A stretch of DNA of 64,000 nucleotides from the sequence record KJ019143.1. One strand, given 5' to 3'. Made by a program: the position numbers and the translations under genes. Numbering within the stretch: position 1 is the first letter of the stretch; each line of letters begins with the position of its first letter. The notes under the pieces are model-generated. The model searched no databases. It worked only from the letters and a program-made list of their open reading frames with translations, and was not told the DNA's origin. Below, piece after piece: positions 9,362-19,199 of this stretch.

Positions 9362-10711
9362 ATGTCTAAGAGACCAGCAATATATAGAAAAGTCTCAGTA
9401 GTTACTAAAGATGGTTTTAGGGCAGATATTCGTCTTGCTTGTGTGTCAATTGACTTCTTTCAGGATATAATGTCACCTGCACTAACGGCAAAGATTATTA
9501 TTGCCAATACTATGACTAATATTGAGGATGATCAGGGTGCCACCGTATCTCTCTATGAAGGATTGAAGTTGCGCGGTGGTGAGGCAGTTGAGATTGAAAT
9601 AGAAGCAAATAGTGAAGATAACTTACCTATTGAATTTAATAATCCTGCGTTGTATGTCAGTGGTGTATCTGAAATGAGTAGGAAGTCACTCAAACAGTTC
9701 TTCACTATCAACTTATACACCAAGGAGGCATATGATAATGAGACTAAGTTCCTAGAGAAAGCATATCCAAAAGAATCTAGAGTGAGTGATCATGTTAGTA
9801 CTATAGTTTCTGAGTCTTTTCCTACAACTACTCTCAATAAGGTAGATACTACCTCAAATACTTATGGTTTTTTGGGTAATCAACTCAAGCCATTCTATGC
9901 TCTTATCAGGTTAGCAAGTAAAGCAGTTCCTGAAGGTGCTGGTAGTGGTGGAAATAGTGCGACAGCTGGTTTCTTCTTCTACCAATCTATGAGTGGATTT
10001 AACTTTAGATCCATTGATAAAATGATGGGGGAAGAACCAAAGGCACAATATACTTACACTGAAGTTAGTTCATCTGAAGAGACTGGAGATTTTGAAGCTA
10101 CCCCAGAACTACCTTCTAATAGGTTTAAGATTGAGAAGTTTCACGTCACTAAAAACCAGAACCTCTTGAAGAACCTTAGTCAAGGTGTATATGCCTCTGC
10201 TAAGAAGTTCTTTAACCCTGTAGATTTTACAGTCACCCCACCACAAGAGTTCTTCAGTGGTGATAAGTACATCAGGGGTGTTAGTAACTTGGGTCAGGCT
10301 TTTGATCCACAAGACATCAGCTTAGTGGGTGATTCTTTGAGTTTCACTAATGTACCATCTAGGATTCTTAATGAGGTATATGATATTGGAACTGTTGAGA
10401 AAGAAGTGAATCAGGAACCTACACAAAACCCTGATGAGTTTCTAGCACAGAGAAAGATGAGGTATAATACATTATTCACTCAAGATGTTTATATTCAAGT
10501 TAGTGTTAATACTAATCTTGAGGCTGGTGATCTTGTTAAATGTCTATTCCCTAAAACTCAAGAGTGTCCTACTGATGATATAGATCAGGATCAGTTAAGT
10601 GGTCTATATATGATTAAGGAAATTAGACATCACTTTGATACTAGGGGTTCTTATTCATCTATGAGACTACTTCGTGACACCTTTGGTTTATATGGAGTGA
10701 ATAACAAATGA
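9362..10711 (+). CDS. Baseplate hub protein (gp27-like position)
   Basis: IDFFQDIMSPALTA, FFFYQSMSGFNFRSID, SGLYMIKEIRHHF; TATAAATA at 9330-9337; precedes gp5. Confidence 0.65.
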   Translation: MSKRPAIYRKVSVVTKDGFRADIRLACVSIDFFQDIMSPALTAKIIIANTMTNIEDDQGATVSLYEGLKLRGGEAVEIEIEANSEDNLPIEFNNPALYVSGVSEMSRKSLKQFFTINLYTKEAYDNETKFLEKAYPKESRVSDHVSTIVSESFPTTTLNKVDTTSNTYGFLGNQLKPFYALIRLASKAVPEGAGSGGNSATAGFFFYQSMSGFNFRSIDKMMGEEPKAQYTYTEVSSSEETGDFEATPELPSNRFKIEKFHVTKNQNLLKNLSQGVYASAKKFFNPVDFTVTPPQEFFSGDKYIRGVSNLGQAFDPQDISLVGDSLSFTNVPSRILNEVYDIGTVEKEVNQEPTQNPDEFLAQRKMRYNTLFTQDVYIQVSVNTNLEAGDLVKCLFPKTQECPTDDIDQDQLSGLYMIKEIRHHFDTRGSYSSMRLLRDTFGLYGVNNK

Positions 10712-12765
10712 CAATTAAACTTGGTAGAATCGCTGACATTGAACCACAAAAGGAACAGGTCGATGGTGGTGGATGGGCGTGGAGATACAAAGTACGCATC
10801 CTAGACAAACACTCACAGGATAAGAATGTTCTTCCTGATGAGGATCTACCGTGGGCACAGGTTATTATGCCTGTCACGGCAGGTTCTGGTGCTGCTAACT
10901 ATGCAGTATCGCCTATGATTAACCAGGGTGACACTGTAAGAATTGAGTATTATGATCTAGACGAACAACAACCAGTTATTACAGGTATCCTCCCTAGAAC
11001 TAAAAAGGTTTCTACAGGTCCAGTGGGTGAGAATAACGGATATCTACCACACACTGGTTATACAGAGAGGAGAGAGCCAAACTCCAAACAGGTAAAGGAT
11101 GAGTCACATGAATCTAATAAGGAGAGTCAAGTATCCACAAGGTCAGATAGGTTCTCCAGTGTTTTTGGTGATACAACAGTTCTAGCAGATAGTTGTGATC
11201 CTAATGCTTATAAGATTAACGCAGTAACTTCTGCTATCACTAATCTATTCAACCAGATTAATAACTTTGCTAATCAAGCGTCATACATTGAGACTATCAC
11301 ACAAGCAACTATTGATAGAATTCATGCCATTGTAAATCCATATGTGGGACAAATCTTCAATGGATTGTTTGAGGGATTGGTTCCTATTCTCAACCAGGGT
11401 TTGGCTGCATTATACAAGAAAATATTCGCTCAAGTATTGGCTGCCACTAATGGTAATGTAATTGCTGCCACTGCTGCCGCAGAAGCAGCACTCATCGCAC
11501 TTATGCCAGCTATTATGGCACTACAGGAAGCCATTCAGATGTTGGCATCTCTAACAGTTGAGCAAATGTTAGACGAGATTGATTCCCTAGTTAGGGATGC
11601 AGTTGATAATAATGATGACTTCTCCCGTTGTGCGGCAGAAGACTTCGCTTCTGCTATGATCAACGATATTGTTGATAAGACTGATAATGGTATGCAACCA
11701 CTACTAAACGCAGTCACTATTATTCTAGCACTCGCAAGTGTTGGTAGTGGATTCACCGCTGGTACTGCTATTCGTAGTACTTTGGATGTCCTAAAAGATC
11801 TCACATCTGCTCTACTTGCACCAGGTCAAAGTGGTGGTGGTAATTGTGGTGGAATCACAAAGGAATATGCATTTGGTATAGGTCCTGTGAAGGATGTGGG
11901 TGATGTTATGGATGCTCTTCTAGAGTCAGCAAACATAGCAAAGTCACTAGTAGATGAGGCAAAGAAAACACAACAGGAAGTTGATGGTCTCCTAGACACA
12001 TTTGGTGACTTCCCATTTATGAGTTCCACTACAAATATTATATCTAATCTAGACAAGTGTTCCACACTAGAACCTACTACTTGTTTTGGTCCTGAAGTTG
12101 TATTATTTGGTGGTAGAGGTGATGGTGCTGAAGCTCGTGCTATTATTGGCAACACAAAATCAAAATCAGATGATAGAATTGCTGGTAATGCGCAGGGTGG
12201 CATTGTTGCTATTGAAGTTCTGGATGGTGGTTCAGGTTATGAGTACCCACCATATGTGGATATCAGAGACAATTGTGGTCTAGGTATTGGTGGTGTTGGT
12301 AGAGCAGTCCTAAAGGGTGATAAGGTAGATAAAATCTATATGGTGAATATTGGTGAAGACTATCCTGGAGATGCACCTGGGGACTTTATTGTTGATACTA
12401 TTATCATCGTTGATGGTGGCATAGGATATGAACCAGGTATTACTCCTGGAGGTGAATATGAAGTTATTACTGACCCAGGTGGAACAGTTATTGGTATTAT
12501 TCCCACACAACCAGTACCACTCCCTGGTATCCCAAATATAAATATTCCAGATGTATCTCCACCTATTCCACCAGGAGGTAATATCATTGATGGTAATGTT
12601 GTAGATGAGAATGGTAAAGTAATAGCACCCGCTAAGATTGGTACTGGTTTAGTATTCTATCCAGTTATCAAACAGATACCCCCACTTAAGGACCTCCTTG
12701 AGGGTAATGTTCCTGGATTTACACCGGAAGAAGTTGTATTCATTATTGATTGTATTCAGAGTTAG
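10708..12765 (+). CDS. gp5: Baseplate hub/spike protein, gp5 N-terminal OB-fold part
   Basis: GWAWRYKVRILDKH, DEDLPWAQVIMPVTAGSG, QQPVITG; no lysozyme motif seen. Confidence 0.75.
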   Translation: MTIKLGRIADIEPQKEQVDGGGWAWRYKVRILDKHSQDKNVLPDEDLPWAQVIMPVTAGSGAANYAVSPMINQGDTVRIEYYDLDEQQPVITGILPRTKKVSTGPVGENNGYLPHTGYTERREPNSKQVKDESHESNKESQVSTRSDRFSSVFGDTTVLADSCDPNAYKINAVTSAITNLFNQINNFANQASYIETITQATIDRIHAIVNPYVGQIFNGLFEGLVPILNQGLAALYKKIFAQVLAATNGNVIAATAAAEAALIALMPAIMALQEAIQMLASLTVEQMLDEIDSLVRDAVDNNDDFSRCAAEDFASAMINDIVDKTDNGMQPLLNAVTIILALASVGSGFTAGTAIRSTLDVLKDLTSALLAPGQSGGGNCGGITKEYAFGIGPVKDVGDVMDALLESANIAKSLVDEAKKTQQEVDGLLDTFGDFPFMSSTTNIISNLDKCSTLEPTTCFGPEVVLFGGRGDGAEARAIIGNTKSKSDDRIAGNAQGGIVAIEVLDGGSGYEYPPYVDIRDNCGLGIGGVGRAVLKGDKVDKIYMVNIGEDYPGDAPGDFIVDTIIIVDGGIGYEPGITPGGEYEVITDPGGTVIGIIPTQPVPLPGIPNINIPDVSPPIPPGGNIIDGNVVDENGKVIAPAKIGTGLVFYPVIKQIPPLKDLLEGNVPGFTPEEVVFIIDCIQS

Positions 12766-12767
12766 AC

Positions 12768-13469
12768 ATGGCAGAACAAAATTGGGAAAGAAGAATACTC
12801 CAGAGTTTTGGTGCTAACTTTCGACTAGATGTTAGTAACCCACAGAAGACTGTTGGTGGTGAAGATGTATATAACTTCTACTCTGTTACAGATGAGGAGA
12901 AAGTATGTCTAATGGGACAACAACAGGATGGTCTCTGGCGCCTCTACAATGATGATAAGGTAGAGATTGTAGGTGGTGCCAAAGTTGTTGAGGATGGTGT
13001 ATGTGTAACTATTGTTGGTAAGAACGGTGATGTAGTTATTAACGCTGACAACAACGGGAGGGTTAGAATCCGTGGGCAGAATATCAACCTCCAGGCAGAT
13101 GAGGATGTTAATATCACTGCGGGTAGGAATGTTAATATCAAATCTGGTTCTGGTAGAACTCTCCTTGCGGGCAATACCCTGGAGAAAGACGCACTCAAAG
13201 GTAATCTATTAGACCCAGAGAAACAATGGGCATGGAGAGTATTTGAAGGAACTGGACTACCTGCTGGTATGTTCCCACAACTCATGTCACCCTTCAGTGG
13301 TATTACAGACCTAGCGGGATCTATTGTTGGTGGAGTTGGGTTCGGTGATGCAATCAGTGGGGCTGTGAGTAGTGCAGTCAGTGGGGCAGTCAGTGGTGCT
13401 GTTGGTGGTGTCGCCGGTGGTGTCGCCGGTGATATTGCTGGTGACGCAATTGGTGGTATTATACCCTGA
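12768..13469 (+). CDS. Spike beta-helix protein (gp5 C-terminal-like)
   Basis: Beta-strand repeats GDVVINADNNGRVRIRGQNINLQADEDVNITAGRNVNIKSG; ATG 12768 preferred to TTG 12750. Confidence 0.6.
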   Translation: MAEQNWERRILQSFGANFRLDVSNPQKTVGGEDVYNFYSVTDEEKVCLMGQQQDGLWRLYNDDKVEIVGGAKVVEDGVCVTIVGKNGDVVINADNNGRVRIRGQNINLQADEDVNITAGRNVNIKSGSGRTLLAGNTLEKDALKGNLLDPEKQWAWRVFEGTGLPAGMFPQLMSPFSGITDLAGSIVGGVGFGDAISGAVSSAVSGAVSGAVGGVAGGVAGDIAGDAIGGIIP

Positions 13470-13507
13470 TAAATATAAGAAGCACCTATAACTAGCACCT
13501 ATTAGTA

Positions 13508-16297
13508 ATGGCAAGCATTCAATTCCCAGCAAATCCGAAAGTTGGTGATACTTACTACGACGTAGATACAAATATAACTTACACCTGGGAGGGTGAATAC
13601 TGGTTTGCAACAGGACCAGGCACAGGTATTGGTGCCACTGGAGCAACTGGAGCACAAGGAAATCAAGGTTCTAGTGGTGAAAAGGGTGAGCCAGGAACTC
13701 GCGGAATTAAAGGAGATACTGGATCTACTGGTTCTACCGGTCCCACAGGTCCTGGTGGTTTTATTGGATTAACAGGTGCAACTGGTCCTCAAGGTTCTCC
13801 CGGTGGTGCTACCGGTGCTACAGGTAATATTGGTCCTTTAGGAACTACTGGTGCAACTGGTCCTGATGGTGCTAGTGGTGCTACAGGTATTCAGGGTCCT
13901 ATTGGTACTCCAGGTGGTGCAACTGGCGCTACTGGTTTAGCTGGTCCTCCAGGAAATGTTGGTGCTACTGGTCCTCTCGGTCCTAATGGTACTCCAGGTG
14001 GTGCTACTGGTCCTCTTGGTCCTGTTGGTTCTACTGGAGCCACTGGTGCTGGTGCTACTGGCTCTGATGGTGCTACTGGTTCTACAGGTATTCAGGGACT
14101 ACAAGGTTCCCCAGGTGGTGCAACTGGTGCTACTGGTATTGATGGTTTACTAGGTCCTATTGGTGCCACAGGTACTACAGGAGCTACCGGTGTTGATGGT
14201 CCTATTGGTGCCACAGGTACTACAGGTGCCACAGGTGAGACAGGTGATACAGGTTCAACCGGTGCTGCTGGTCCTACCGGTATTCCTGGAGCCACTGGAT
14301 TTACTGGTCCCGAAGGTGCTACGGGTTCCAAAGGTGATGAAGGTTCTACAGGTAGTACAGGTCCTCAAGGTTCTCCAGGTGGTGCCACTGGTGCTACTGG
14401 TGTTGATGGTCCTGTAGGTTCTACAGGTGCCACAGCTGCTACTGGTGCAACTGGTCCTGACGGTCCTACTGGTCCCGCAGGTCCTACAGGTTTATTAGGT
14501 GCCACTGGTGCTACTGGTGATGATGGTTCTACCGGAGCCACTGGTGCTACTGGTTTTGGTGCTACAGGTGCTGATGGTGCTACTGGTTCTACAGGTTCTA
14601 CAGGTCCTGATGGTCCTCTTGGTTCTACTGGTGCCACTGGTATTGCAGGTGGTGTGAGTCATGTATGGTCACCAGATGTTTCTATCCTAACTGCCAACAA
14701 CTCTTTCCTATTCACCCACGATGTAGACGAAGATATTAAGATCCTAAAGATCTCCAAGTTTAGTTCAACATTCACCAATGAGGAGGCACTACTTAATAGT
14801 TTTGCAATCGGTGATTCACTTAGACTAACATCAGGTCCAGCAACATTCCAATATACTGTTAGAGCCAATGGTGGACTCACAGTATCATCTGGTGTTGACG
14901 TGTTTATGTTACTCGTCAGTGATGGTTTCTTAGCATCTGGTAGTGGAACACTCAATGGTTCAACAGTTGTTCTTCAACGTCCCACATCATCCACCTTCGC
15001 TACATTTAACTTCGGTGTATCCACTATCAACTGGCCTACTACTGATGGTGATGTAACTATTGACTATCCATTCCTAGTAAACAATGGTCCTAGGTATGTT
15101 GCATTCAATCAGAAGGATCTACTAGGTAGGGATGATGAGCAGTTCTTCTTTGAACCTTTAGTATCTACAGACCTAAACTCATTCCAGTTCCAGGTTAAGA
15201 CTACTAACTTCTTCAAATCAGAAATTGAAGGTGGTTACTACTATAGTGATATTGATGCCTATGTGTATCTAACTGATATCACCGAACTATATTCAGATCC
15301 AAGTAATCCAGTAACCAGTGTGGGTTCACCTTGGAATGTTCAGGTTGTAGGTATTGCCTCCGCCATTCCTGGTGTTGCTGGTTCTCCAGGTGGTGCAACC
15401 GGTGCTACTGGTCCTGCTGGTCCTCCAAGTGGTGCAACTGGTGCTACAGGTGATCTTGGTCCTATTGGTCCCGGTGGTCCTACTGGTCCCGTTGGTGTTA
15501 ACGGATCCCCAGGTTCACCCGGTGGTGCAACTGGTGCCACTGGTGCTGATGGTCCTGAAGGTGCTACTGGTTCTACAGGTGCAACAGGTGCATTCGTTAC
15601 TGGTAGTAATCTTGTAGCAGGTATTATCACAGCCACCACATTTGATGGTGATGCCACATCAGCTAATAAGATTAAGACTAACCAATCCACCAGTGCGGCT
15701 GTTAACTATCTAACTTTCGTTTCTGATGATAACACTGGTGGTGCCGTTAGTGAAACCCTCAAGACAAACTTGAATGTAAGTTTCATTCCTTCTTCTGGTG
15801 ATTTTATCGCTAGTAGGATTACAGCAAGTAACAACTTCTACCTGGGTGGTACTGAGGTCAATTCTTCAGCATCTGAACTAAATGTGTTGGTTGGTGTTAC
15901 TGACTTCTTAGATGAAGATAATATGGCATCCGATAGTCCTACGGCTATCCCATCACAACAATCAGTTAAGAGGTATGTTGACGCTAACGCTTTCTCTGGT
16001 ATTACTACAGTTAGTATCCTAGTGGGCGCTGGTTCTAGTGATGTATACTTCGCAAGTTCTATTGTTCCAACTACTAATGAGTCTATTGATTTAGGTAGTA
16101 TTGACTATAAGTTCAGAGACCTCTACCTATCAGACACAACCATATATACTAACACTGGTGAACTTAGTGTAGGTTTGAATACCACAGCACCAACCGCAAA
16201 GGTTGTTCTTGGTCCAGCACTACAAACAATTGTTCAACAGTCCACTGATTTTGATGACTTTAAGATCAGAATCGCAGCACAAAGTTGGGGTGGTTAA
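13508..16297 (+). CDS. Collagen-like virion fibre protein
   Basis: Two G-X-Y tracts (about 13615-14650 and 15365-15595) rich in GAT/GST/GPT; N-terminal FPANP..GD..YTW anchor; ATAAATA at 13469-13475. Confidence 0.9.
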   Translation: MASIQFPANPKVGDTYYDVDTNITYTWEGEYWFATGPGTGIGATGATGAQGNQGSSGEKGEPGTRGIKGDTGSTGSTGPTGPGGFIGLTGATGPQGSPGGATGATGNIGPLGTTGATGPDGASGATGIQGPIGTPGGATGATGLAGPPGNVGATGPLGPNGTPGGATGPLGPVGSTGATGAGATGSDGATGSTGIQGLQGSPGGATGATGIDGLLGPIGATGTTGATGVDGPIGATGTTGATGETGDTGSTGAAGPTGIPGATGFTGPEGATGSKGDEGSTGSTGPQGSPGGATGATGVDGPVGSTGATAATGATGPDGPTGPAGPTGLLGATGATGDDGSTGATGATGFGATGADGATGSTGSTGPDGPLGSTGATGIAGGVSHVWSPDVSILTANNSFLFTHDVDEDIKILKISKFSSTFTNEEALLNSFAIGDSLRLTSGPATFQYTVRANGGLTVSSGVDVFMLLVSDGFLASGSGTLNGSTVVLQRPTSSTFATFNFGVSTINWPTTDGDVTIDYPFLVNNGPRYVAFNQKDLLGRDDEQFFFEPLVSTDLNSFQFQVKTTNFFKSEIEGGYYYSDIDAYVYLTDITELYSDPSNPVTSVGSPWNVQVVGIASAIPGVAGSPGGATGATGPAGPPSGATGATGDLGPIGPGGPTGPVGVNGSPGSPGGATGATGADGPEGATGSTGATGAFVTGSNLVAGIITATTFDGDATSANKIKTNQSTSAAVNYLTFVSDDNTGGAVSETLKTNLNVSFIPSSGDFIASRITASNNFYLGGTEVNSSASELNVLVGVTDFLDEDNMASDSPTAIPSQQSVKRYVDANAFSGITTVSILVGAGSSDVYFASSIVPTTNESIDLGSIDYKFRDLYLSDTTIYTNTGELSVGLNTTAPTAKVVLGPALQTIVQQSTDFDDFKIRIAAQSWGG

Positions 16298-16300
16298 TTA

Positions 16301-16723
16301 ATGGGTTATCGTAATGAGAAAGCTCCCCACACTGGGAGCTTATTGGTAGGAACTGGAGGTAAAGTTACATTTACCGGTAGATCCTCTGGTGATATGAATA
16401 AGATTGCCACTTGGGGTGAAGAGGGGGGACAGATAGAATCCACCAACTTTTCTGATCTTCTGGCACTCTATGAGGAAGAATTTGCAGTGTCTATTGTCAG
16501 TGAAGATGAACCTTCGCTAAGACCTTTGGGTGAAGACCTAAAACTAGGAGATTTGTGGTATAGTACGTCAGAACGGAGACAGTATGTTTTTACAAATGGA
16601 ATTGATGACCTTCCAGTCACCTTTAGAGGCTGGACACCTGTTATTTCAGGACTTAGTACGATTGCTAACGGATTTGTTGTATCCAATGGTATCATTGTTG
16701 GTGTGGCAGCAACAACTCCATAA
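16301..16723 (+). CDS. Hypothetical protein, probably fibre-associated
   Basis: GDLWYSTSERRQYVF..W motif; directly follows collagen gene. Confidence 0.6.
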   Translation: MGYRNEKAPHTGSLLVGTGGKVTFTGRSSGDMNKIATWGEEGGQIESTNFSDLLALYEEEFAVSIVSEDEPSLRPLGEDLKLGDLWYSTSERRQYVFTNGIDDLPVTFRGWTPVISGLSTIANGFVVSNGIIVGVAATTP

Positions 16724-16758
16724 TATGGTATAATGGTGGGTAAGTATCTTATACCCAC

Positions 16759-17322
16759 ATGAGCCACGAGCACGAAGATTACGAATTTGAAAAAGATTAT
16801 TGGGGTGATTGTTGTAATACCTTCGATGAGGATCAGAAACACTATGTGTATGCCCGTCTAATGGGATTAGAACAGGCACACTATAGTTTTCGTTTGCCTG
16901 GTATTTCTGTAATTGATATTGGTGGCGGTCCTTCTTCGATGTTATTGAAGACTGAAGGACTTACTAGAGGTTTGGTTGTAGATCCTATTTCATATCCTCA
17001 ATGGACTAAAGATAGGTATTCAGTAAAGAATATTGAAGTCCATGTAGATGTTGGTGAGAATGTAACAGAGACAGGATATGATGAGGTGTGGATATACAAT
17101 TGTATGCAACACGCTATTGATCCAGAGAAGATTATTGCTAACGCAAGGGAAGCAGCACCAGTCCTAAGATTGTTTGAGTGGATTGATATTCCAGCACACG
17201 ATGGTCACCCCCACGAACTAACAGAGCAATCACTAAATAAGTGGATTGGTCAAACCGGTAGTGTTACATCTCTAGCAGAGAGTGGTTGCTATGGTAAAGC
17301 ATATTATGGAGTATTTGAGTGA
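16759..17322 (+). CDS. Class I SAM-dependent methyltransferase-like protein
   Basis: VIDIGGGPSS, LVVDP, YDEVWIYNCMQH..DPEKII. Confidence 0.72.
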   Translation: MSHEHEDYEFEKDYWGDCCNTFDEDQKHYVYARLMGLEQAHYSFRLPGISVIDIGGGPSSMLLKTEGLTRGLVVDPISYPQWTKDRYSVKNIEVHVDVGENVTETGYDEVWIYNCMQHAIDPEKIIANAREAAPVLRLFEWIDIPAHDGHPHELTEQSLNKWIGQTGSVTSLAESGCYGKAYYGVFE

Positions 17323-18410
17323 GTAATAAGTTTCGATTTCATATTCTCGGACTCCCCCATACTGTTACGCATCCAGACTTCTCCGCATGTGCGTACACAT
17401 CTAAAGTCTTAAAGTTCGGTAAGATGATGAAGGCACGTGGGCATGAAATCATTCACTATGGACACGAAGATAGTGAGTTGGTTTGTGATGAACATGTTAC
17501 AGTAACTACCAACAAAGACTTAGAGATTGCTTATGGTGATTATGACTGGAGAAAGAACTTCTTCAAGTTCAATACATCGGACCACGCATATCAAACCTTC
17601 TACAAGAATGCTATTGAAGAAGTAGGTAAGCGCAAACAGAAGAATGATTTCATCCTACCTTTCTGGGGTAGTGGTACTCGTCCAGTTTGTGATGCTCACC
17701 CAGAAATGATTTGTGTGGAACCTGGTATTGGTTATGCTGGTGGTCACTGGTCTCAGTGGAAAGTGTTTGAGAGTTATGCCATTCTCCACGCTTATCAGAA
17801 CCTAACATCAGTAGGAACCTGTAAACAGAGTTGGTATGAGGTTGTAATCCCTAACTATTTTGACTTAGATGATTTCACCTACGCCCCAGAAACTAAAGAA
17901 GACTATTTTCTATTCTTGGGGCGCGTATATAGTGGTAAGGGCATTGATATTGCTGTACAGGTTACTGAACACATAGGTGCTAAACTAAAAGTAGCAGGAC
18001 AGAACCCAGAGAATAGAACTTTCCCACCACATGTGGAGTTTGTTGGATATGCTGATATTGAGATGAGACGGGAGTTGATGTCTAAAGCAAAGGCATCCTT
18101 TGTTGCATCACAATACCTAGAACCTTTCGGTGGTGTTCAGGTGGAGAACTTATTATCAGGAACTCCTACTATCACTACAGACTGGGGTGCTTTCGTTGAG
18201 AACAACCCAGACGGACTAACTGGTTTCCGTTGTCGTACATTCGGTGACTTTGTTGATGCCGCTAATAACATTGACCAGATATCTCCTGCAGTATGTCGCA
18301 CTTTCGGTGAGCAGTTTGCACTGGAGAATATTGCTCCCAAGTACGAGAAGTATTTCCAGGATGTTCTCAATGTATATACTGGAAAGGGATGGTATGAACT
18401 AAATGAATGA
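17319..18410 (+). CDS. Glycosyltransferase (GT-B, family 4-like)
   Basis: FLFLGRVYSGKGIDIA, YLEPFGGVQVENLLSGTPTITTDWGAFVE. Confidence 0.9.
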   Translation: MSNKFRFHILGLPHTVTHPDFSACAYTSKVLKFGKMMKARGHEIIHYGHEDSELVCDEHVTVTTNKDLEIAYGDYDWRKNFFKFNTSDHAYQTFYKNAIEEVGKRKQKNDFILPFWGSGTRPVCDAHPEMICVEPGIGYAGGHWSQWKVFESYAILHAYQNLTSVGTCKQSWYEVVIPNYFDLDDFTYAPETKEDYFLFLGRVYSGKGIDIAVQVTEHIGAKLKVAGQNPENRTFPPHVEFVGYADIEMRRELMSKAKASFVASQYLEPFGGVQVENLLSGTPTITTDWGAFVENNPDGLTGFRCRTFGDFVDAANNIDQISPAVCRTFGEQFALENIAPKYEKYFQDVLNVYTGKGWYELNE

Positions 18411-18996
18411 ACTAATACAAACGATTGATTGTATTACTCAAACTGAAATCAATACAATCAAAGAATATGTCCAAGATGATTGGTGGCAACCTACTACTAT
18501 CTTTGGAATGTCTGGTTGTGAAATTAATACAGATGTTAGATCCAATGATAGAATATCTCTCCATGATGATAGTATTGCCGCTCAGATTATTCATACGGGT
18601 ATGAATAAGGCACTCCTTGAGTATAGAACACAACTCTATAATGTTGATCCATACTTCAACAATTACCCAGTTCCAGGATCATATAGGACTAATTGTCATA
18701 GGGAAGGTATTCAACTCCTTAGATATAAAGAAGGACAACACTACAACTGGCATCACGATACTGCAGCAGAACGTGCAGTAAATGAGTATCACAGAACGAT
18801 CTCTATTGTGTTATACTTATCAGATGACTTTGAGGGTGGTAGAACAGTCTTCCCCCACAGAGCATACAAACCAAAAGCAGGTCAGGCACTAATTTTTCCC
18901 TCTAACTGGTGTTTCCCACATAAGTGTGAACCAATCACAAAGGGTGTGAAGTTAGCATCTGTTTCCTGGTACTATTCACATTATAACTATGACTGA
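18403..18996 (+). CDS. 2OG-Fe(II) oxygenase (prolyl-hydroxylase-like)
   Basis: WHHD, ISIVLYLSDDFEGG, FPSNWCFPHKCEPI, K-x-A-S. Confidence 0.92.
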   Translation: MNELIQTIDCITQTEINTIKEYVQDDWWQPTTIFGMSGCEINTDVRSNDRISLHDDSIAAQIIHTGMNKALLEYRTQLYNVDPYFNNYPVPGSYRTNCHREGIQLLRYKEGQHYNWHHDTAAERAVNEYHRTISIVLYLSDDFEGGRTVFPHRAYKPKAGQALIFPSNWCFPHKCEPITKGVKLASVSWYYSHYNYD

Positions 18997-19165
18997 AAAT
19001 AAGACTACACCACAAACAGTAGAAGAAGCAACTCATGCTGCTTTCACTGGAAAGATGAACATGATCAAGTGTGCAGAACACTGTGGGATGACGATAAAAC
19101 AGTTTAAATTAACCTTCCGTGAGTATCTAAAATACCACCCAATAGACGAAAATTATCCTATCTAA
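18989..19165 (+). CDS. Small hypothetical protein (58 aa, not in ORF track)
   Basis: MTENKTTPQTVEEATHAAFTGKMNMIKCAEHCGMT...; fills gap, overlaps upstream stop. Confidence 0.6.
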   Translation: MTENKTTPQTVEEATHAAFTGKMNMIKCAEHCGMTIKQFKLTFREYLKYHPIDENYPI

Positions 19166-19199
19166 ATATATGTAAGCAAGTATATGATGGTACGGAACA

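Noticed and set aside
13956-15690. Overlapping antisense and alternative-frame ORFs in the collagen gene
   Set aside because: Expected by-products of GGN-rich triplet repeats ([14 protein letters not shown])
16759-18996. TET/JBP-type DNA hypermodification cluster
   Set aside because: The oxygenase has prolyl-hydroxylase-like motifs and the cluster lies in the late virion block; not excluded, but unsupported
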